Shown: one piece after another, positions 18,933 through 29,974 of the stretch | Layout of the letters: every line of letters begins with the position of its first letter | How positions within the stretch are numbered: the first letter of the stretch is position 1 | Assembly: GCA_035559535.1 (NCBI GenBank) | Contig: DATMBG010000012.1 | Location: 186,001-250,000, forward strand | Source of the DNA: Candidatus Limnocylindrales bacterium | GTDB taxonomy: Bacteria > Moduliflexota > Moduliflexia > Moduliflexales > JAUQPW01 | Direction of reading: 5' to 3' | DNA length: 64,000 bases | Notes under the pieces: generated by a model | Databases searched by the model: none | What the model saw: only the letters and a program-made list of their open reading frames with translations | Told to the model about the DNA's origin: nothing | Translations under genes and position numbers: made by a program

Positions 18933-19739
18933 TCATTCCTCGAATTCAGCATTATCCGGTTTATGTTTACAGATTCCCCGTTTGGAGTATTTGGTAAAAT
19001 TAATGATTTGATTGACTTCAGCCGAATCCCGGATTTCTTCCTCAATTTTGAGGATGGCTTGCGAGAGATTCAAATTGGACCGGAATAGGATTCGATAAGC
19101 TTTTTGAAGATTTCGTATCGCCTCCGGAGAGAAGTTATGTCGTTTCAATCCGACGATATTCAACCCATACAGTCTATTGGGACGGTTCCCGGCGGCTTTT
19201 GCAAAGGGAATAATGTCCTGGGTAACCGCCGAGCATCCTCCGATAATCGAGTAAGCACCGATTCGGACAAATTGATGAATTCCAGTTAAGCCCCCGATAA
19301 TGGCAAAATCCCCTACTTCAATATGCCCGGCCAGATTAGCGGCATTACCGAATATGACGTTATTTCCGATAATACAGTCGTGGGCGATATGAGTATAGGC
19401 CATTAGAAGACAATTATCTCCGATAATGGTTTGTCCTCCTCCGGCTCCTGTTCCTCGATTAACGGTTACGTACTCTCGAAAAATGGAGTGGTTTCCGATT
19501 TTTACAATGGTTTTTTCTCCTGCGAATTTAAGATCCTGAGGGATAGCCCCGATCACCGCACCTGTATAGAATTCACAATTTTCTCCAATCTCCGTCCAGC
19601 CCTCTATCACAACATGGGCGCCTATTTTGCTTCCAGCTCCTATCTTAACATTTTCCCCGATAATAGAAAAAGGTCCTACCGTAACATTTTTTCCTAACTT
19701 AGCTTTCTCATGTACAATAGCAAACTTGTGTATATCCAT
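18933..19739 (-). CDS. lpxA: UDP-N-acetylglucosamine O-acyltransferase LpxA
   Basis: hexapeptide repeats, PQDLKF, REYVTVNRGT, HIAHDC, HQFVRIG; start reset to ATG 19739. Confidence 0.95.
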   Translation of the reverse strand: MDIHKFAIVHEKAKLGKNVTVGPFSIIGENVKIGAGSKIGAHVVIEGWTEIGENCEFYTGAVIGAIPQDLKFAGEKTIVKIGNHSIFREYVTVNRGTGAGGGQTIIGDNCLLMAYTHIAHDCIIGNNVIFGNAANLAGHIEVGDFAIIGGLTGIHQFVRIGAYSIIGGCSAVTQDIIPFAKAAGNRPNRLYGLNIVGLKRHNFSPEAIRNLQKAYRILFRSNLNLSQAILKIEEEIRDSAEVNQIINFTKYSKRGICKHKPDNAEFEE

Positions 19740-19837
19740 CTCTCTCAGGTTAAAAAGTCTCAGGTCTAAGAAGGCAAGGACCCTGACTTTCACCTTTCCG
19801 CCTAGGCTACTTGTTCCTATACCTTACCTTTTAATCC

Positions 19838-20266
19838 TTACTTTTTATCAACCAGAGCTGAAAGCAACTCCGCTTCCACCACCAAAGTCTCATCCACGAA
19901 AGCTTTTCCTCTCATCTTACAGATCCGGCTACTGACTTTAAGAACTTCCAGTTCCATTCTCAGTTGATCTCCTGGTACCACAGGTTTTCTAAATTTCGCT
20001 TTATCTATTCCGGTAAAATAAGCCAATTTATTCTTATGTTCGTTCATCCTTAGGAAAAGGACTGCTCCTACTTGAGCCATAGCTTCAATAACTAAAACCC
20101 CTGGCATGATAGGTGTTCCTGGAAAATGTCCCTGGAAAAAGGGTTCATTAATGGTTACATTCTTAATACCGACAATCTTATTTTCTTCTAAAGTCACAAT
20201 TTTATCTACCAGAAGGAACGGATAGCGGTGTGGAAGAATTTGTTGAATTTCTTTGATATCGAGCAT
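19838..20266 (-). CDS. fabZ: 3-hydroxyacyl-ACP dehydratase FabZ
   Basis: [31 protein letters not shown]. Confidence 0.97.
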   Translation of the reverse strand: MLDIKEIQQILPHRYPFLLVDKIVTLEENKIVGIKNVTINEPFFQGHFPGTPIMPGVLVIEAMAQVGAVLFLRMNEHKNKLAYFTGIDKAKFRKPVVPGDQLRMELEVLKVSSRICKMRGKAFVDETLVVEAELLSALVDKK

Positions 20267-20402
20267 CGATAAGCAGGAAGAAAACGGTAGGGCCGCTTGG
20301 AGCCTATTCTGAATTCCAGAAAGACGGCAGCCGAAGAAGCAGGAACATAACTCCGCCCTACTACTCTTTTTTCTACCTTTAAAAGCAAATTAGGATAATT
20401 GG

Positions 20403-21425
20403 CTATGATTTGCCTCTTTCAAGTTCCTCGACCCTGCGCTCTAAATCACGAACCCTTTGAATCAACTCGGGGAGTTTAAGAAGGCTCACTTGAGATTTTT
20501 TCCATAAAAGATGGTCTACAGCCGGACTTCCGGAAACAACGGCATGGGATGGAATGGATTTCGTGACTCCAGATTGAGCGCCTATTTTGACATAGTCTCC
20601 TATTTTGATATGACCGACTAACCCAACCTGCCCTGCAAGGGTAACATTACGTCCTACCTGGGTACTCCCAGAGATCCCAACCTGGGCTACAATAATAGAA
20701 TTCTCCCCAATAACAACGTTGTGGGCGATTTGGACCAGGTTATCGATTTTAACTCCTCGTTGAATGTGGGTTTTTCCCAAAGTGGCGCGATCAATAGTCA
20801 CATTGGCTCCAATCTCCACATCATCTTCGATGAGAACGGTTCCTATCTGTGGGATTTTCTGGTAAGTCTCTGCTTGAGGTACAAAACCAAATCCATCGCT
20901 TCCAATAACGGCTCCACTATGGATAATAACCCTGTTACCGATCTGGACCCCATGCATAATGGTTACATGGGGGTAAATAACCACATCGTTTCCAATCGTA
21001 ACATCATTTCCTATATAGACCCCAGAGTAAAGGACGGTTCGGTCTCCTATCTTCACCCGATTCCCAACTACCACGTAGGGCAGGATCGAACAGTTCTGAC
21101 CTATCTGAACTTCCTCACCTGTTACGAAACTGGGATGAATCCCAGGGGGAGGAGGTTCTATTTCAGAAAATAGGGGAATAATTCTGGCAAATGCCAGATA
21201 AGGATTATCGACCCTTATCAGGGCCAGGCGATCTGTAAAAATTTCTCTATTGACGATAACGGCAGACGCCCGGGTAGTATGGAGCTTGGCTTTGTATTTA
21301 GGATTGGCAAGAAAAGTAATATCCCCCGGTTGACTTTCTTCCAGGGTATTGACCCCTTTAATTTCCAGGTCACCTTCCCCTTCTAACTCTCCCCCTAAAA
21401 ATTGGGCTATGTCGCTTAAACGCAT
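20403..21425 (-). CDS. lpxD: UDP-3-O-acylglucosamine N-acyltransferase LpxD
   Basis: [36 protein letters not shown]. Confidence 0.96.
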   Translation of the reverse strand: MRLSDIAQFLGGELEGEGDLEIKGVNTLEESQPGDITFLANPKYKAKLHTTRASAVIVNREIFTDRLALIRVDNPYLAFARIIPLFSEIEPPPPGIHPSFVTGEEVQIGQNCSILPYVVVGNRVKIGDRTVLYSGVYIGNDVTIGNDVVIYPHVTIMHGVQIGNRVIIHSGAVIGSDGFGFVPQAETYQKIPQIGTVLIEDDVEIGANVTIDRATLGKTHIQRGVKIDNLVQIAHNVVIGENSIIVAQVGISGSTQVGRNVTLAGQVGLVGHIKIGDYVKIGAQSGVTKSIPSHAVVSGSPAVDHLLWKKSQVSLLKLPELIQRVRDLERRVEELERGKS

Positions 21426-21517
21426 CGAGTACGTAATGCATAAAACATAATACCTAACATATCATATCTCATCAATCAGGTATTACGTTTTACGCTTTAC
21501 GTCTTGGAGTTTTTCTT

Positions 21518-22051
21518 CTACCTCTTCGTGGTTTGTTGCTTGCTTTGATTATATTCCTGGAGAACGGCGTTGGTGAGGTCCGCATTTTGAGCGCCATAAA
21601 TAATGGAACTAAAATTTTTTTCTAAAATCAAGGTGTAACCTTGCTTCTCTCCGAGTTTTTTTACAATCTCCACAATCTCTTTGATGATCTGATCACTGAA
21701 AGATTGTTCTTTCTTTTTAATATCCTCTCGAAAATCTGAAACCGCTCTTTTAAGCTCTTTTTCCTTGCTTTCAATCAGATCCTCTTTTTCTTTTCTAGCC
21801 TCCGGCTTGAGGAGGTTATAACTCTTTTTGTAATCCTCTTTCAGGTTATTCAAGTCTGCTTGCATCTTTTCAAGTTCTTTCTTCTTCCCTTCAAATTCCT
21901 TGCTGATCTCATCTTTAACACGTTTCCCTTCTATGGATTCGTCCAAGACTTTTTGTAAATCCACATAGCCGAGCTTTACAGGTGTTTGAGCTATACCGGT
22001 CGAACTAATAAGTAAAGTTAGAACCAGACTAAAAAATAAGGGTCTTATCAT
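21518..22051 (-). CDS. skp: periplasmic chaperone Skp/OmpH
   Basis: signal peptide, KLGYVDLQKV, coiled coil, DLTNAV; lies between bamA and lpxD. Confidence 0.9.
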   Translation of the reverse strand: MIRPLFFSLVLTLLISSTGIAQTPVKLGYVDLQKVLDESIEGKRVKDEISKEFEGKKKELEKMQADLNNLKEDYKKSYNLLKPEARKEKEDLIESKEKELKRAVSDFREDIKKKEQSFSDQIIKEIVEIVKKLGEKQGYTLILEKNFSSIIYGAQNADLTNAVLQEYNQSKQQTTKR

Positions 22052-22058
22052 TATCCAT

Positions 22059-22155
22059 TTGTCTGTGGTCCGTTGTCTGTGGTCCGTTGTTTTTGTCTGT
22101 TCAGGCTAACTAAGCCGGACAATCCACGACGGACCACGGACAACGGACCACAGAT
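22059..22155. repeat. palindrome made of tandem heptamers (GTCCGTT/GTCTGTG ... ACGGACC/ACGGACA)
   Basis: ttgtctgtggtccgttgtctgtggtccgttg mirrored by acggaccacggacaacggaccacaga. Confidence 0.8.
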
Positions 22156-22156
22156 A

Positions 22157-24463
22157 TCAAAATGTTCTTCCGACACCAAAATGGACTTCACTAGGAGATT
22201 CCCCGGACCTGCGGTTTACTTTGTAACCCCAGTCTAGACTGATCGGTCCCAAGGGACTAAAAAATCTTATCCCCAGTCCTGTTCCTGCCCGTAAATCAAA
22301 ATCCTCATCGGTCACGTTTTCTAAATCAGAACCAAACGTACTTCCTGCATCAAAGAACAGAACCCCCTTTAGACCTTTGATAATAGGGACAATCAATTCG
22401 GTGGTGAGAAGAACTTTTTCATTTCCACCTATTACATCACCATTTTGATCCTTGGGCCCGATAGATCTTTCTCTATATCCTCGCACATCGTTGGCACCAC
22501 CTCCAAAGAAACGCTCAAAAATGGGAACTTCCTTATCGTTCCCGTAGGGGCCTACGAAGCCAAATTCTCCTCTGAGATGTAGCGCCATATCCGAGGACAA
22601 TACGGGGAAATACCAACTATTATCGGTGATAAACTTATAGAAATCACTGTCCCCCTGTAAAATTCCTCCAGCTATTTCAAAGGTTCCACTTAATCTCCCC
22701 CCCTTGGTAGGATTCAGGATATTGTTAATGGAGTTACGAACCATATTAAAAGCCAGAGAGCTGGTCCTTGTCACGCCTTGTGAGTTTAAAAGGATGGAGG
22801 AGGCTGTGGGAGCTACATCGGAAATATCCACCCTCTCATACTTGTATCGAAATGTTCCACTGATATATTCGGTCAGGGGTCGTCCTATGCGAAGGCCCCC
22901 TCCGCGCTCATCTGAAGTGAAGTCATCGTACTCCCTTCTCAGGCTAAACGCATCCACTCCCGTGACAAACAGTGAGTTCAAAAACCTGGGGACGGTATAA
23001 TTTAAATTAAATCTTTGGGATTTTCCACCCACTGTTGCTGAAAAATTAACCTGATGGGCTAAACCAAAAAGATTACTTTGACTTAAACCAAAGGAAGCAA
23101 CCAACTTATCCAGAGAACTAAAGCCTCCGCCTACCGTAAAAGATCCTGTAGACCGCTCTTTAACATAGATATTGAGATTAACCGTATCTTCTTCTTCCCC
23201 TTCACTGACGTCAAATTTAGCTTCATCAAAAAATCCTAAATTAATGACACGCTGTCGGCTTCGCTTGAGTTTCACACTGTCAAAAGGTTCTCCCTCTCTA
23301 AGCCGAAGTTCTCTTCGGATAACATAATCTCGGGTTGTTCGGTTTCCAACAATGGTGATCCGTCCCAAAGTATGAGGAACCCCCTCTTTAATATCCAAAG
23401 TCAGATTAACAACCTTCTGAGTTCGATCTACAGAGGTTAAAGGGGTAATTTGAAGCTTTCCTTTGGTATCTCCGGAAATGGGGGTTACATATCCTTTTTG
23501 GGCATAGAGATCCGAAATGGCCGTGATATCCTTTCGGATAACCGAACGGCTAAAGATATCTCCTTCTTTGACTTTCATTTTCTCCCGAATTTCTTGCTCA
23601 GAAAAAACCGTGTTTCCTTTAATCTCTACCTTTCCTACTTTGAATTGTTCCCCTTCATCCACGAAGATCTTTATAAAAAGCTTTTCTTTGTTATTCCGAA
23701 AATCTAATTTGTAATCTACGACCCGGGCATCGATATATCCATGGTCGGCATAAAAGGCTACAATCCGATCCAGGTCGGCTTTGAGTACCTCTTCATCGAA
23801 CTTTCCGGATCCTGTAAGAAATGAGAAAAAACCATAGGGTTTTGTCCCTAACTGATCGACTAATTGTTTGTCGGAGAAAGCCTTGTTTCCTTCAAAGGAA
23901 ACCTTTTCGACCCTTAGTTTCTTGCCTTCTTGGATTTGAAAGGTGATATTTACCTTCTCTTCAGGATCCTTAGGATCTGGTTTAACAATGGGATTGATCT
24001 CCACGTTGTAATACCCTTTTTTGCGATAAACATCCCTGAGCTTTTGAACAGTATCCCTTAATTTAAGCGGATCAAAAATAGCGTGGGGACTCACCACCAG
24101 AGCATCCTTAAGATCCTCTTTTTTCACCTCTTCATTTCCTCTAATCTCTACGGTTCCAATGGTAGGTCTTTCGGTTACTTTGAAAGTAACCTGAACCCCT
24201 CCTTCAACGGGTTCTACATCCACGACCACATCGCTAAATAGCCCGATATCATAAATCTTCTGAATATCTCGGGTTATCTGGTCCGGATTGTAAGGACTAT
24301 CCACTTGAGTTGTCAGGTTATGGCGGATCGTATCCTCTTCCACGGTGGTATTTCCGGTGATCAAAATTTTTTTTACCACCGGTTGTTCGGCCCCACCACT
24401 GTAAGGTACGAAATAAAAATATAGAAAACTTATAAGGCTCAGTAAAACCAACTTTCTCGTCAT
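22157..24463 (-). CDS. bamA: outer membrane protein assembly factor BamA
   Basis: POTRA repeats, VIRRELR, VRGY motif, SPLGPI, C-terminal Phe. Confidence 0.95.
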   Translation of the reverse strand: MTRKLVLLSLISFLYFYFVPYSGGAEQPVVKKILITGNTTVEEDTIRHNLTTQVDSPYNPDQITRDIQKIYDIGLFSDVVVDVEPVEGGVQVTFKVTERPTIGTVEIRGNEEVKKEDLKDALVVSPHAIFDPLKLRDTVQKLRDVYRKKGYYNVEINPIVKPDPKDPEEKVNITFQIQEGKKLRVEKVSFEGNKAFSDKQLVDQLGTKPYGFFSFLTGSGKFDEEVLKADLDRIVAFYADHGYIDARVVDYKLDFRNNKEKLFIKIFVDEGEQFKVGKVEIKGNTVFSEQEIREKMKVKEGDIFSRSVIRKDITAISDLYAQKGYVTPISGDTKGKLQITPLTSVDRTQKVVNLTLDIKEGVPHTLGRITIVGNRTTRDYVIRRELRLREGEPFDSVKLKRSRQRVINLGFFDEAKFDVSEGEEEDTVNLNIYVKERSTGSFTVGGGFSSLDKLVASFGLSQSNLFGLAHQVNFSATVGGKSQRFNLNYTVPRFLNSLFVTGVDAFSLRREYDDFTSDERGGGLRIGRPLTEYISGTFRYKYERVDISDVAPTASSILLNSQGVTRTSSLAFNMVRNSINNILNPTKGGRLSGTFEIAGGILQGDSDFYKFITDNSWYFPVLSSDMALHLRGEFGFVGPYGNDKEVPIFERFFGGGANDVRGYRERSIGPKDQNGDVIGGNEKVLLTTELIVPIIKGLKGVLFFDAGSTFGSDLENVTDEDFDLRAGTGLGIRFFSPLGPISLDWGYKVNRRSGESPSEVHFGVGRTF

Positions 24464-24558
24464 GATTCGGTTGGATTCTCTCTGAGAGAGGGACCAAGAA
24501 GGCGGGAGAATGGAAAAACAACTTCTTCTCTCCCATGCTCCTCCTCTCTCATCATTCC

Positions 24559-25647
24559 TTAAGTACTACAGGCCATGAGATACTGACGGATCAAATCTGC
24601 ACGAGCAACCTCTGAACTTTGCTTTTTCTTAAAAAGCTTATACGTGATAATATGGGCGGGCTGTACAAGAATGAAAAGCTCGTCAATGGTCGATAAGGAA
24701 ATTCCCCCTACAATTTTTAAGCAAATCCCTAAACGGACCAGAGATAGAGCATGGAGGCTTTCGCTTAAACTCAGTTTTTTACGCTCTTTCAGGTCTCGAA
24801 CGGCCAGGATAATTTTAGCCTCTAACTCCCTTCCGGATTTTTCCAGAAGATATCGACGAGCGAATCTTTCTCGCATAGCTATGATTTGAGAGGTTTTTTC
24901 AAGGGTCTTTAGGATTTCACTTTCTGTTCGACCTAAAGTGATTTGGTTTGAAATCTGAAAAAGATACCCCCTGGCCTCACTACCTTCTCCATAAGTTCCC
25001 CGGACTGCAAAACCGAAATTTGTTAATTCCTTGAGAACTTTTTTGATCTTACGGGAAAGTACAAGCCCTGGCAGAAACATCATAACAGAAGCCCGCATTC
25101 CGGTTCCTGTATTGGTAGGACAGGCGGTTAGAAATCCCCATTTTTCATCATAAGCAAAGTCCAGAAGGCTTTGGAGTTCCAAATCAATGGCCTTAACCCT
25201 CTGCCAGCTTGCTCTCAATTGGAAGCCGTACTGGATATTTTGGAGGCGAAGATGATCTTCCTCATTGATCATCAAGGAGGTTAAATCATCCCTAGTAATG
25301 ACCGCCCATCTGGCTTCTTCTCCCAGGGATTGTTGAAAACTGATGAGATGTTTCTCCCTTAAAAGCTGGCGATCTACTTCTGAGAGGTGTTCCATTGGAA
25401 AAATTACGTAATTCTTTAGCGTTCGGCTCTGATGAATAGCTTCCAGGATAAGCTCGGCTACTTTTTTTAGATCTTTCCGATGGGCTATTTGAGGAAAAGG
25501 ATATAGAGATAGGTTCCGAGCTAATCGCACTCGAGAGCTGACTACATACTTAGATTTAGGAGCCGATTCCTTAATCCAGGTCTCGAATTCTTGGATAATG
25601 GAAGAATAACGATTTGTTTGCAAAAGGTGCCTCTTTGTGCTCCTCAT
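24559..25647 (-). CDS. mcsB: protein-arginine kinase McsB
   Basis: SSRVRLARN, MINEEDHLR, GFLTACPTNTGTGMRAS, VRGTYGEGS, QISNQITLG. Confidence 0.9.
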   Translation of the reverse strand: MRSTKRHLLQTNRYSSIIQEFETWIKESAPKSKYVVSSRVRLARNLSLYPFPQIAHRKDLKKVAELILEAIHQSRTLKNYVIFPMEHLSEVDRQLLREKHLISFQQSLGEEARWAVITRDDLTSLMINEEDHLRLQNIQYGFQLRASWQRVKAIDLELQSLLDFAYDEKWGFLTACPTNTGTGMRASVMMFLPGLVLSRKIKKVLKELTNFGFAVRGTYGEGSEARGYLFQISNQITLGRTESEILKTLEKTSQIIAMRERFARRYLLEKSGRELEAKIILAVRDLKERKKLSLSESLHALSLVRLGICLKIVGGISLSTIDELFILVQPAHIITYKLFKKKQSSEVARADLIRQYLMACST

Positions 25648-25680
25648 TTTAGTTGTTGTAGCAACAACTAAAGTTCTTAC

Positions 25681-26184
25681 TTACGATGATCTGGCTGTGT
25701 TCTTTAAACTTAAAATCTTATCCCTTAGCTTCGCGGCTTCTTCATAATTTTCGCCTTTAACGGCTTCCTTAAGTTTTTTATATAATCGTACTAATTGGGA
25801 TGAAATCAAGGTATCTTCTGCTTTGAGAAGGCGTAAATCTTCCTCTACGTGCTGCGTAGTCCCCTGAAGCCTTAGAAACAAATCATCCAGATATTCTGCA
25901 AATATGATATAGCATTCACTACATCCAAATTTATGAGCCTCAACGAACTTCGCCAAAGATAATCCGCAGTTGAGACATCTTCTTGAAGCAACGTTCTCTT
26001 GAAGAGGAGTCTTGAGTCCTACCATCCATAGCGTGATAGAAGGAGAGTCCTTGGAGGAGGAACCTTCCAATAAACCGATCTCCTTAGCACATCCATAACA
26101 TAATTTAATTTCTTCAACCTCTTCCTCCAAAAAGGTTTTAATAAATAAACCGGCCAGATTTTTCTGGCAATTTTCACATAACAT
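25681..26184 (-). CDS. mcsA: McsA protein-arginine kinase activator (CxxC zinc motifs + UVR domain)
   Basis: CENC, CYGC, CLNC, GCSECY, ENYEEAAKLRD. Confidence 0.88.
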   Translation of the reverse strand: MLCENCQKNLAGLFIKTFLEEEVEEIKLCYGCAKEIGLLEGSSSKDSPSITLWMVGLKTPLQENVASRRCLNCGLSLAKFVEAHKFGCSECYIIFAEYLDDLFLRLQGTTQHVEEDLRLLKAEDTLISSQLVRLYKKLKEAVKGENYEEAAKLRDKILSLKNTARSS

Positions 26185-26250
26185 GTTCTTTTAAAGGGGT
26201 AGAGGCTCGAAGTTAGGGGTCTAAAATCAGACTATTTTATCCCTTAGCTT

Positions 26251-26928
26251 CTAGTTTCCTATGGTTCCATCAATAAGTTTAATAACCCTTTGAGCCAGTT
26301 TAGCTAACTTTTCATTGTGCGTTACAATAACAAATGAGATCCCTTTCTCTTCGTTTAAATATTTAAGGAGTTCCCCAACCAAAGACGCCGTTTTCATGTC
26401 TAAGTTTCCGGTGGGTTCATCGGCTAAAACGATCATCGGTTCGGTAACGATGGCTCTGGCTATCGCCACTCTTTGTTGTTCTCCTCCGGAAAGTTCCCCC
26501 GGTTTATGCTCCAGCCTATCTTCCAAACCCACTTCCGATAAAAGTTTAAAAGCTTTTTCGGCTGCAAGATCAGGGGTAGTTCCACGAATAAGGAGGGGCA
26601 TCATGACATTCTCCAGCGTATTAAATTCGGGTAACAGGTGATGAAACTGAAAGACAAATCCGATATTCTTATTCCGGAACTCGGCCAGTTGCTCCTCGGA
26701 GAGGCTAAAAATATCGAATCCTCTATAAAGAACCTCCCCGGAGGTGGGTCGGTCTAAAGCTCCTAAAATATGGAGCAGCGTACTTTTCCCAGCCCCTGAG
26801 TTACCTACAATAGCTACCATCTCTCCCTGGGTTATTTTTAAATCTACGCCTTTCAGGACATGCAGGATCTCAGAACCCGTTTCAAAGGATTTATGTAAGT
26901 TTCTAGTTTCAACAATAATCGTATTCAA
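26251..26928 (-). CDS. lolD: lipoprotein-releasing ABC ATP-binding protein LolD
   Basis: GNSGAGKST, GFVFQFHHLL (LolD motif), LSGGEQQR; SD GAGG before TTG. Confidence 0.93.
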   Translation of the reverse strand: MNTIIVETRNLHKSFETGSEILHVLKGVDLKITQGEMVAIVGNSGAGKSTLLHILGALDRPTSGEVLYRGFDIFSLSEEQLAEFRNKNIGFVFQFHHLLPEFNTLENVMMPLLIRGTTPDLAAEKAFKLLSEVGLEDRLEHKPGELSGGEQQRVAIARAIVTEPMIVLADEPTGNLDMKTASLVGELLKYLNEEKGISFVIVTHNEKLAKLAQRVIKLIDGTIGN

Positions 26929-27031
26929 CTACTTTTTCCTCATAAAGGCACAAAGTCCGCCTTGAATCTCTTAAAGCCTATGCAAAGAATAAAAGATCTG
27001 ACGATCTTTGCGCCTTTAGGAGAAACTCTTC

Positions 27032-28372
27032 TCATTCGTATCTCAGGGCTACTACCGGATCTAATTTTGAAGCCTGCCAGGCTGGATAAACCGTAGCTAA
27101 AAGACAGATCAAAATCGACATGGTAGCTACCAAAACAAAATCCAACGCCGTCATTTTAAAAGGAAGATGATCCAGGTAATAAACATCCCCTTGCAATTTA
27201 ATCAGTTTATAGGTATCTGCTATCCAACAGATCAAAAAACCAAAAATGCATCCCAGGAGCGTTCCAACGAACCCAATGGTAAGTCCTTCTGTTACAAAAA
27301 TTTTCATAATACTCTTCGAAGTAGCTCCCATAGATTTTAAGATAGCAATATCTTTATTTTTTTCCATAACCATCATAATGAGAGTACTGGCTATATTAAA
27401 CGCTGCCACCAGGACGATCAAAACCAGGATAATGAACATGGCGATTTTCTCTAACTTAAGGGCCGAGAAAAGATTCCGATTCATTTCGGCCCAATCCCGG
27501 ACCACATATCCGGCCCCCAGAACCTCCTGAATTTGATCTGCAATACGAGGAGCTTCGTAGATGTCACTGACTTTAATTTCCACACCGGTTACAGAATCCT
27601 TCATATTAAAGAACTTCTGGGCGGCTGTCAAGGAAATATAAACCAAACTTGAATCATACTCGAACATTCCCGAGTAAAAAATCCCAACCACACGAAATTT
27701 TTTTAATTTAGGAACAGGCCCTGAGGGGAGTTGGGTTCCGGTCGGAGAAACCACGGTAACATTATCTCCCACAATCACGCCTAATAACCTGGCCAGTTCA
27801 AGACCGATGATAATAGCGTCTCTTTTAGGTCCCGTTTCAGATTCTGGATTATCATACTGCTCCTTTAACAGACTCAGGGAGCCTTCGATCATATTTTTAG
27901 CCAGATCGGTTACACCAGATTCAGAATCTGGATCTATCCCCCGAATGACCACACCGGCTACATTGGTATCAGAATTGATCATAACCTGGCTGAAAATAAA
28001 AGGAGCGGCAGCCTTAACATCCGGTACTGTTTTTACTTTCTCGATAACCTCTGCATAGTTTTCCATGCCGGTATTGCTCCGCTTGAGAATCACCGCATGG
28101 GAGTTAGTCCCCAGGATCTTATTTCTCAAATCGTCCTCAAACCCGGTCATGACCGCCAAAACGATAATCAATGCCATAACCCCCAGCATAACGCCACCGA
28201 TGGAAATGATGCTGGTCAGGGAAATAAACATTTGCTTCCGCCTGGCTTTTAAATAACGGATCCCGATGAACAGTTCATAAGAACCTGCCAGGATTCTCCT
28301 TTTCCTGGATTTTTTATATTTTTCTAATTTTTCTCGAAGTCTGGTATCGATGATCTGTTGCTGATTGTCCAA
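27032..28372 (-). CDS. lolE: lipoprotein-releasing ABC permease LolC/E
   Basis: LAVMTGF, GMFEYD, LVAAFNI, IAILKSMGA, DPVVALRYE. Confidence 0.9.
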   Translation of the reverse strand: MDNQQQIIDTRLREKLEKYKKSRKRRILAGSYELFIGIRYLKARRKQMFISLTSIISIGGVMLGVMALIIVLAVMTGFEDDLRNKILGTNSHAVILKRSNTGMENYAEVIEKVKTVPDVKAAAPFIFSQVMINSDTNVAGVVIRGIDPDSESGVTDLAKNMIEGSLSLLKEQYDNPESETGPKRDAIIIGLELARLLGVIVGDNVTVVSPTGTQLPSGPVPKLKKFRVVGIFYSGMFEYDSSLVYISLTAAQKFFNMKDSVTGVEIKVSDIYEAPRIADQIQEVLGAGYVVRDWAEMNRNLFSALKLEKIAMFIILVLIVLVAAFNIASTLIMMVMEKNKDIAILKSMGATSKSIMKIFVTEGLTIGFVGTLLGCIFGFLICWIADTYKLIKLQGDVYYLDHLPFKMTALDFVLVATMSILICLLATVYPAWQASKLDPVVALRYE

Positions 28373-28429
28373 GATTTGTTGTTTGCCACCTCTTATCCCT
28401 TGCCCGCTGTAACCCGCTGATTGGTAGGA

Positions 28430-29908
28430 TCAGGTTTCCTGCTTTAGCAAGGGGAAGAGAATAACCTCCCGGATAGAACCCGAATTGGTCAGTAACATGA
28501 CCAGACGATCAACCCCTACGCCCTCTCCGGCGGTTGGGGGCATTCCGTATTCAAGGGCCCGGATATAATCTTCATCCATTCGATGGGCTTCCTCGTCTCC
28601 GGCCTCTCTCTCTCGAACCTGCCGTTCAAACCGTTCCCGCTGATCAATGGGGTCATTCAGCTCGGTAAATGCATTGGCCACTTCCTTCCCTGCGATAAAT
28701 AGCTCAAACCGCTCCGCGACTTCCGGGTTATCTTCTTTAGCCTTGGATAAGGGTGAAACTTCTATAGGAAAATCGATGATAAAGGTAGGTTGAATCAACC
28801 TGGGCTGTACGACCACATCAAATATTTTCAGTAAGAGTTTGGCCGGGGTCATCTTTGTCGTGGGAATACCCAGTTTTTGGGCAATCTCTTTTATTTTTTC
28901 TTCATTTTCTAAATCTTGGATTGAAATTCCATCATAATGTTGAGCGATGGCTTCTTTAAGGGATAACACGGTCCATGGGGGAGAGAGGTTAATGGGTTGA
29001 CCCTGGTAAACCAACTGGTTAGAACCTAAAACCTTTTCCGCTACATAGTTCAACATCTCCTCTGAAAATTTCATGAGATCTCGATAGTCTGCATAGGCCA
29101 TATAAAACTCCAGCATGGTAAACTCGGGGTTATGTTCGGTAGAAATGCCCTCGTTACGAAAGTTACGGTTGATTTCATAAACCCTCTCAAAACCTCCTAC
29201 AACCAACCGTTTTAAGTAGAGTTCTGGCGCAATACGGAGATAAAGATCCATGTTTAGGGCATTATGATGGGTTACAAAAGGCCGGGCTGCAGCCCCTCCG
29301 GCAATGGGATGCATCATGGGGGTTTCTACTTCCAAAAATCCCCTCTCATTCAGAAAGGTCCGTAGGGCTTGAATAATCGCAGTTCGTTTTTTAAAAATTT
29401 CCCGGACTTCCGGATTGGCAATTAAATCCACATACCGTTGCCGATATCTTAGCTCTACATCTCTCAATCCATGCCACTTCTCGGGAAGGGGGCGAAGGGA
29501 TTTAGAAAGAAGTTTCACTTCCGAAACCAGGATGGTCAGCTCTCCGGTTTTGGTACGAAAAAGGGTTCCTCGAACTCCAATAAAATCTCCGATATCGAAG
29601 GTAGTAAAGCGCTCGTAAGCTTCTGGACCTATCCTGTCGGTACGAACATAAATCTGGATCTGGGCCTCTCCACTTCGGATATGGGCAAAGGTGTTCTTTC
29701 CATGGATTCGTAAAGACATGATCCGCCCGGCGGTAATGATCTCCGGAATGGATTCCAGTTCACTTCCAGAGAGATTTCCATAACTTTGGACAATTTGAGA
29801 AACCCAATGGGAGATAGTAAATTTGTTTACATAGGGATTAATTCCCGATGCTCTTAACTCTTCTAGCTTTTTCCGCCGTTGTAAAATCTGATCGCTAACC
29901 TCAGACAT
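28430..29908 (-). CDS. lysS: class II lysyl-tRNA synthetase
   Basis: PLPEKWHGL, GGAAARPF, LRIAPELYLK, FRNEG, YGMPPTAG.G.GVDR; ATG 29908. Confidence 0.97.
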   Translation of the reverse strand: MSEVSDQILQRRKKLEELRASGINPYVNKFTISHWVSQIVQSYGNLSGSELESIPEIITAGRIMSLRIHGKNTFAHIRSGEAQIQIYVRTDRIGPEAYERFTTFDIGDFIGVRGTLFRTKTGELTILVSEVKLLSKSLRPLPEKWHGLRDVELRYRQRYVDLIANPEVREIFKKRTAIIQALRTFLNERGFLEVETPMMHPIAGGAAARPFVTHHNALNMDLYLRIAPELYLKRLVVGGFERVYEINRNFRNEGISTEHNPEFTMLEFYMAYADYRDLMKFSEEMLNYVAEKVLGSNQLVYQGQPINLSPPWTVLSLKEAIAQHYDGISIQDLENEEKIKEIAQKLGIPTTKMTPAKLLLKIFDVVVQPRLIQPTFIIDFPIEVSPLSKAKEDNPEVAERFELFIAGKEVANAFTELNDPIDQRERFERQVREREAGDEEAHRMDEDYIRALEYGMPPTAGEGVGVDRLVMLLTNSGSIREVILFPLLKQET

Positions 29909-29974
29909 TTTCAAAAACAATGACCAATGTCCAATGATCCATTAGCCGATTTCGTCATTGTTCATGATTCATTG

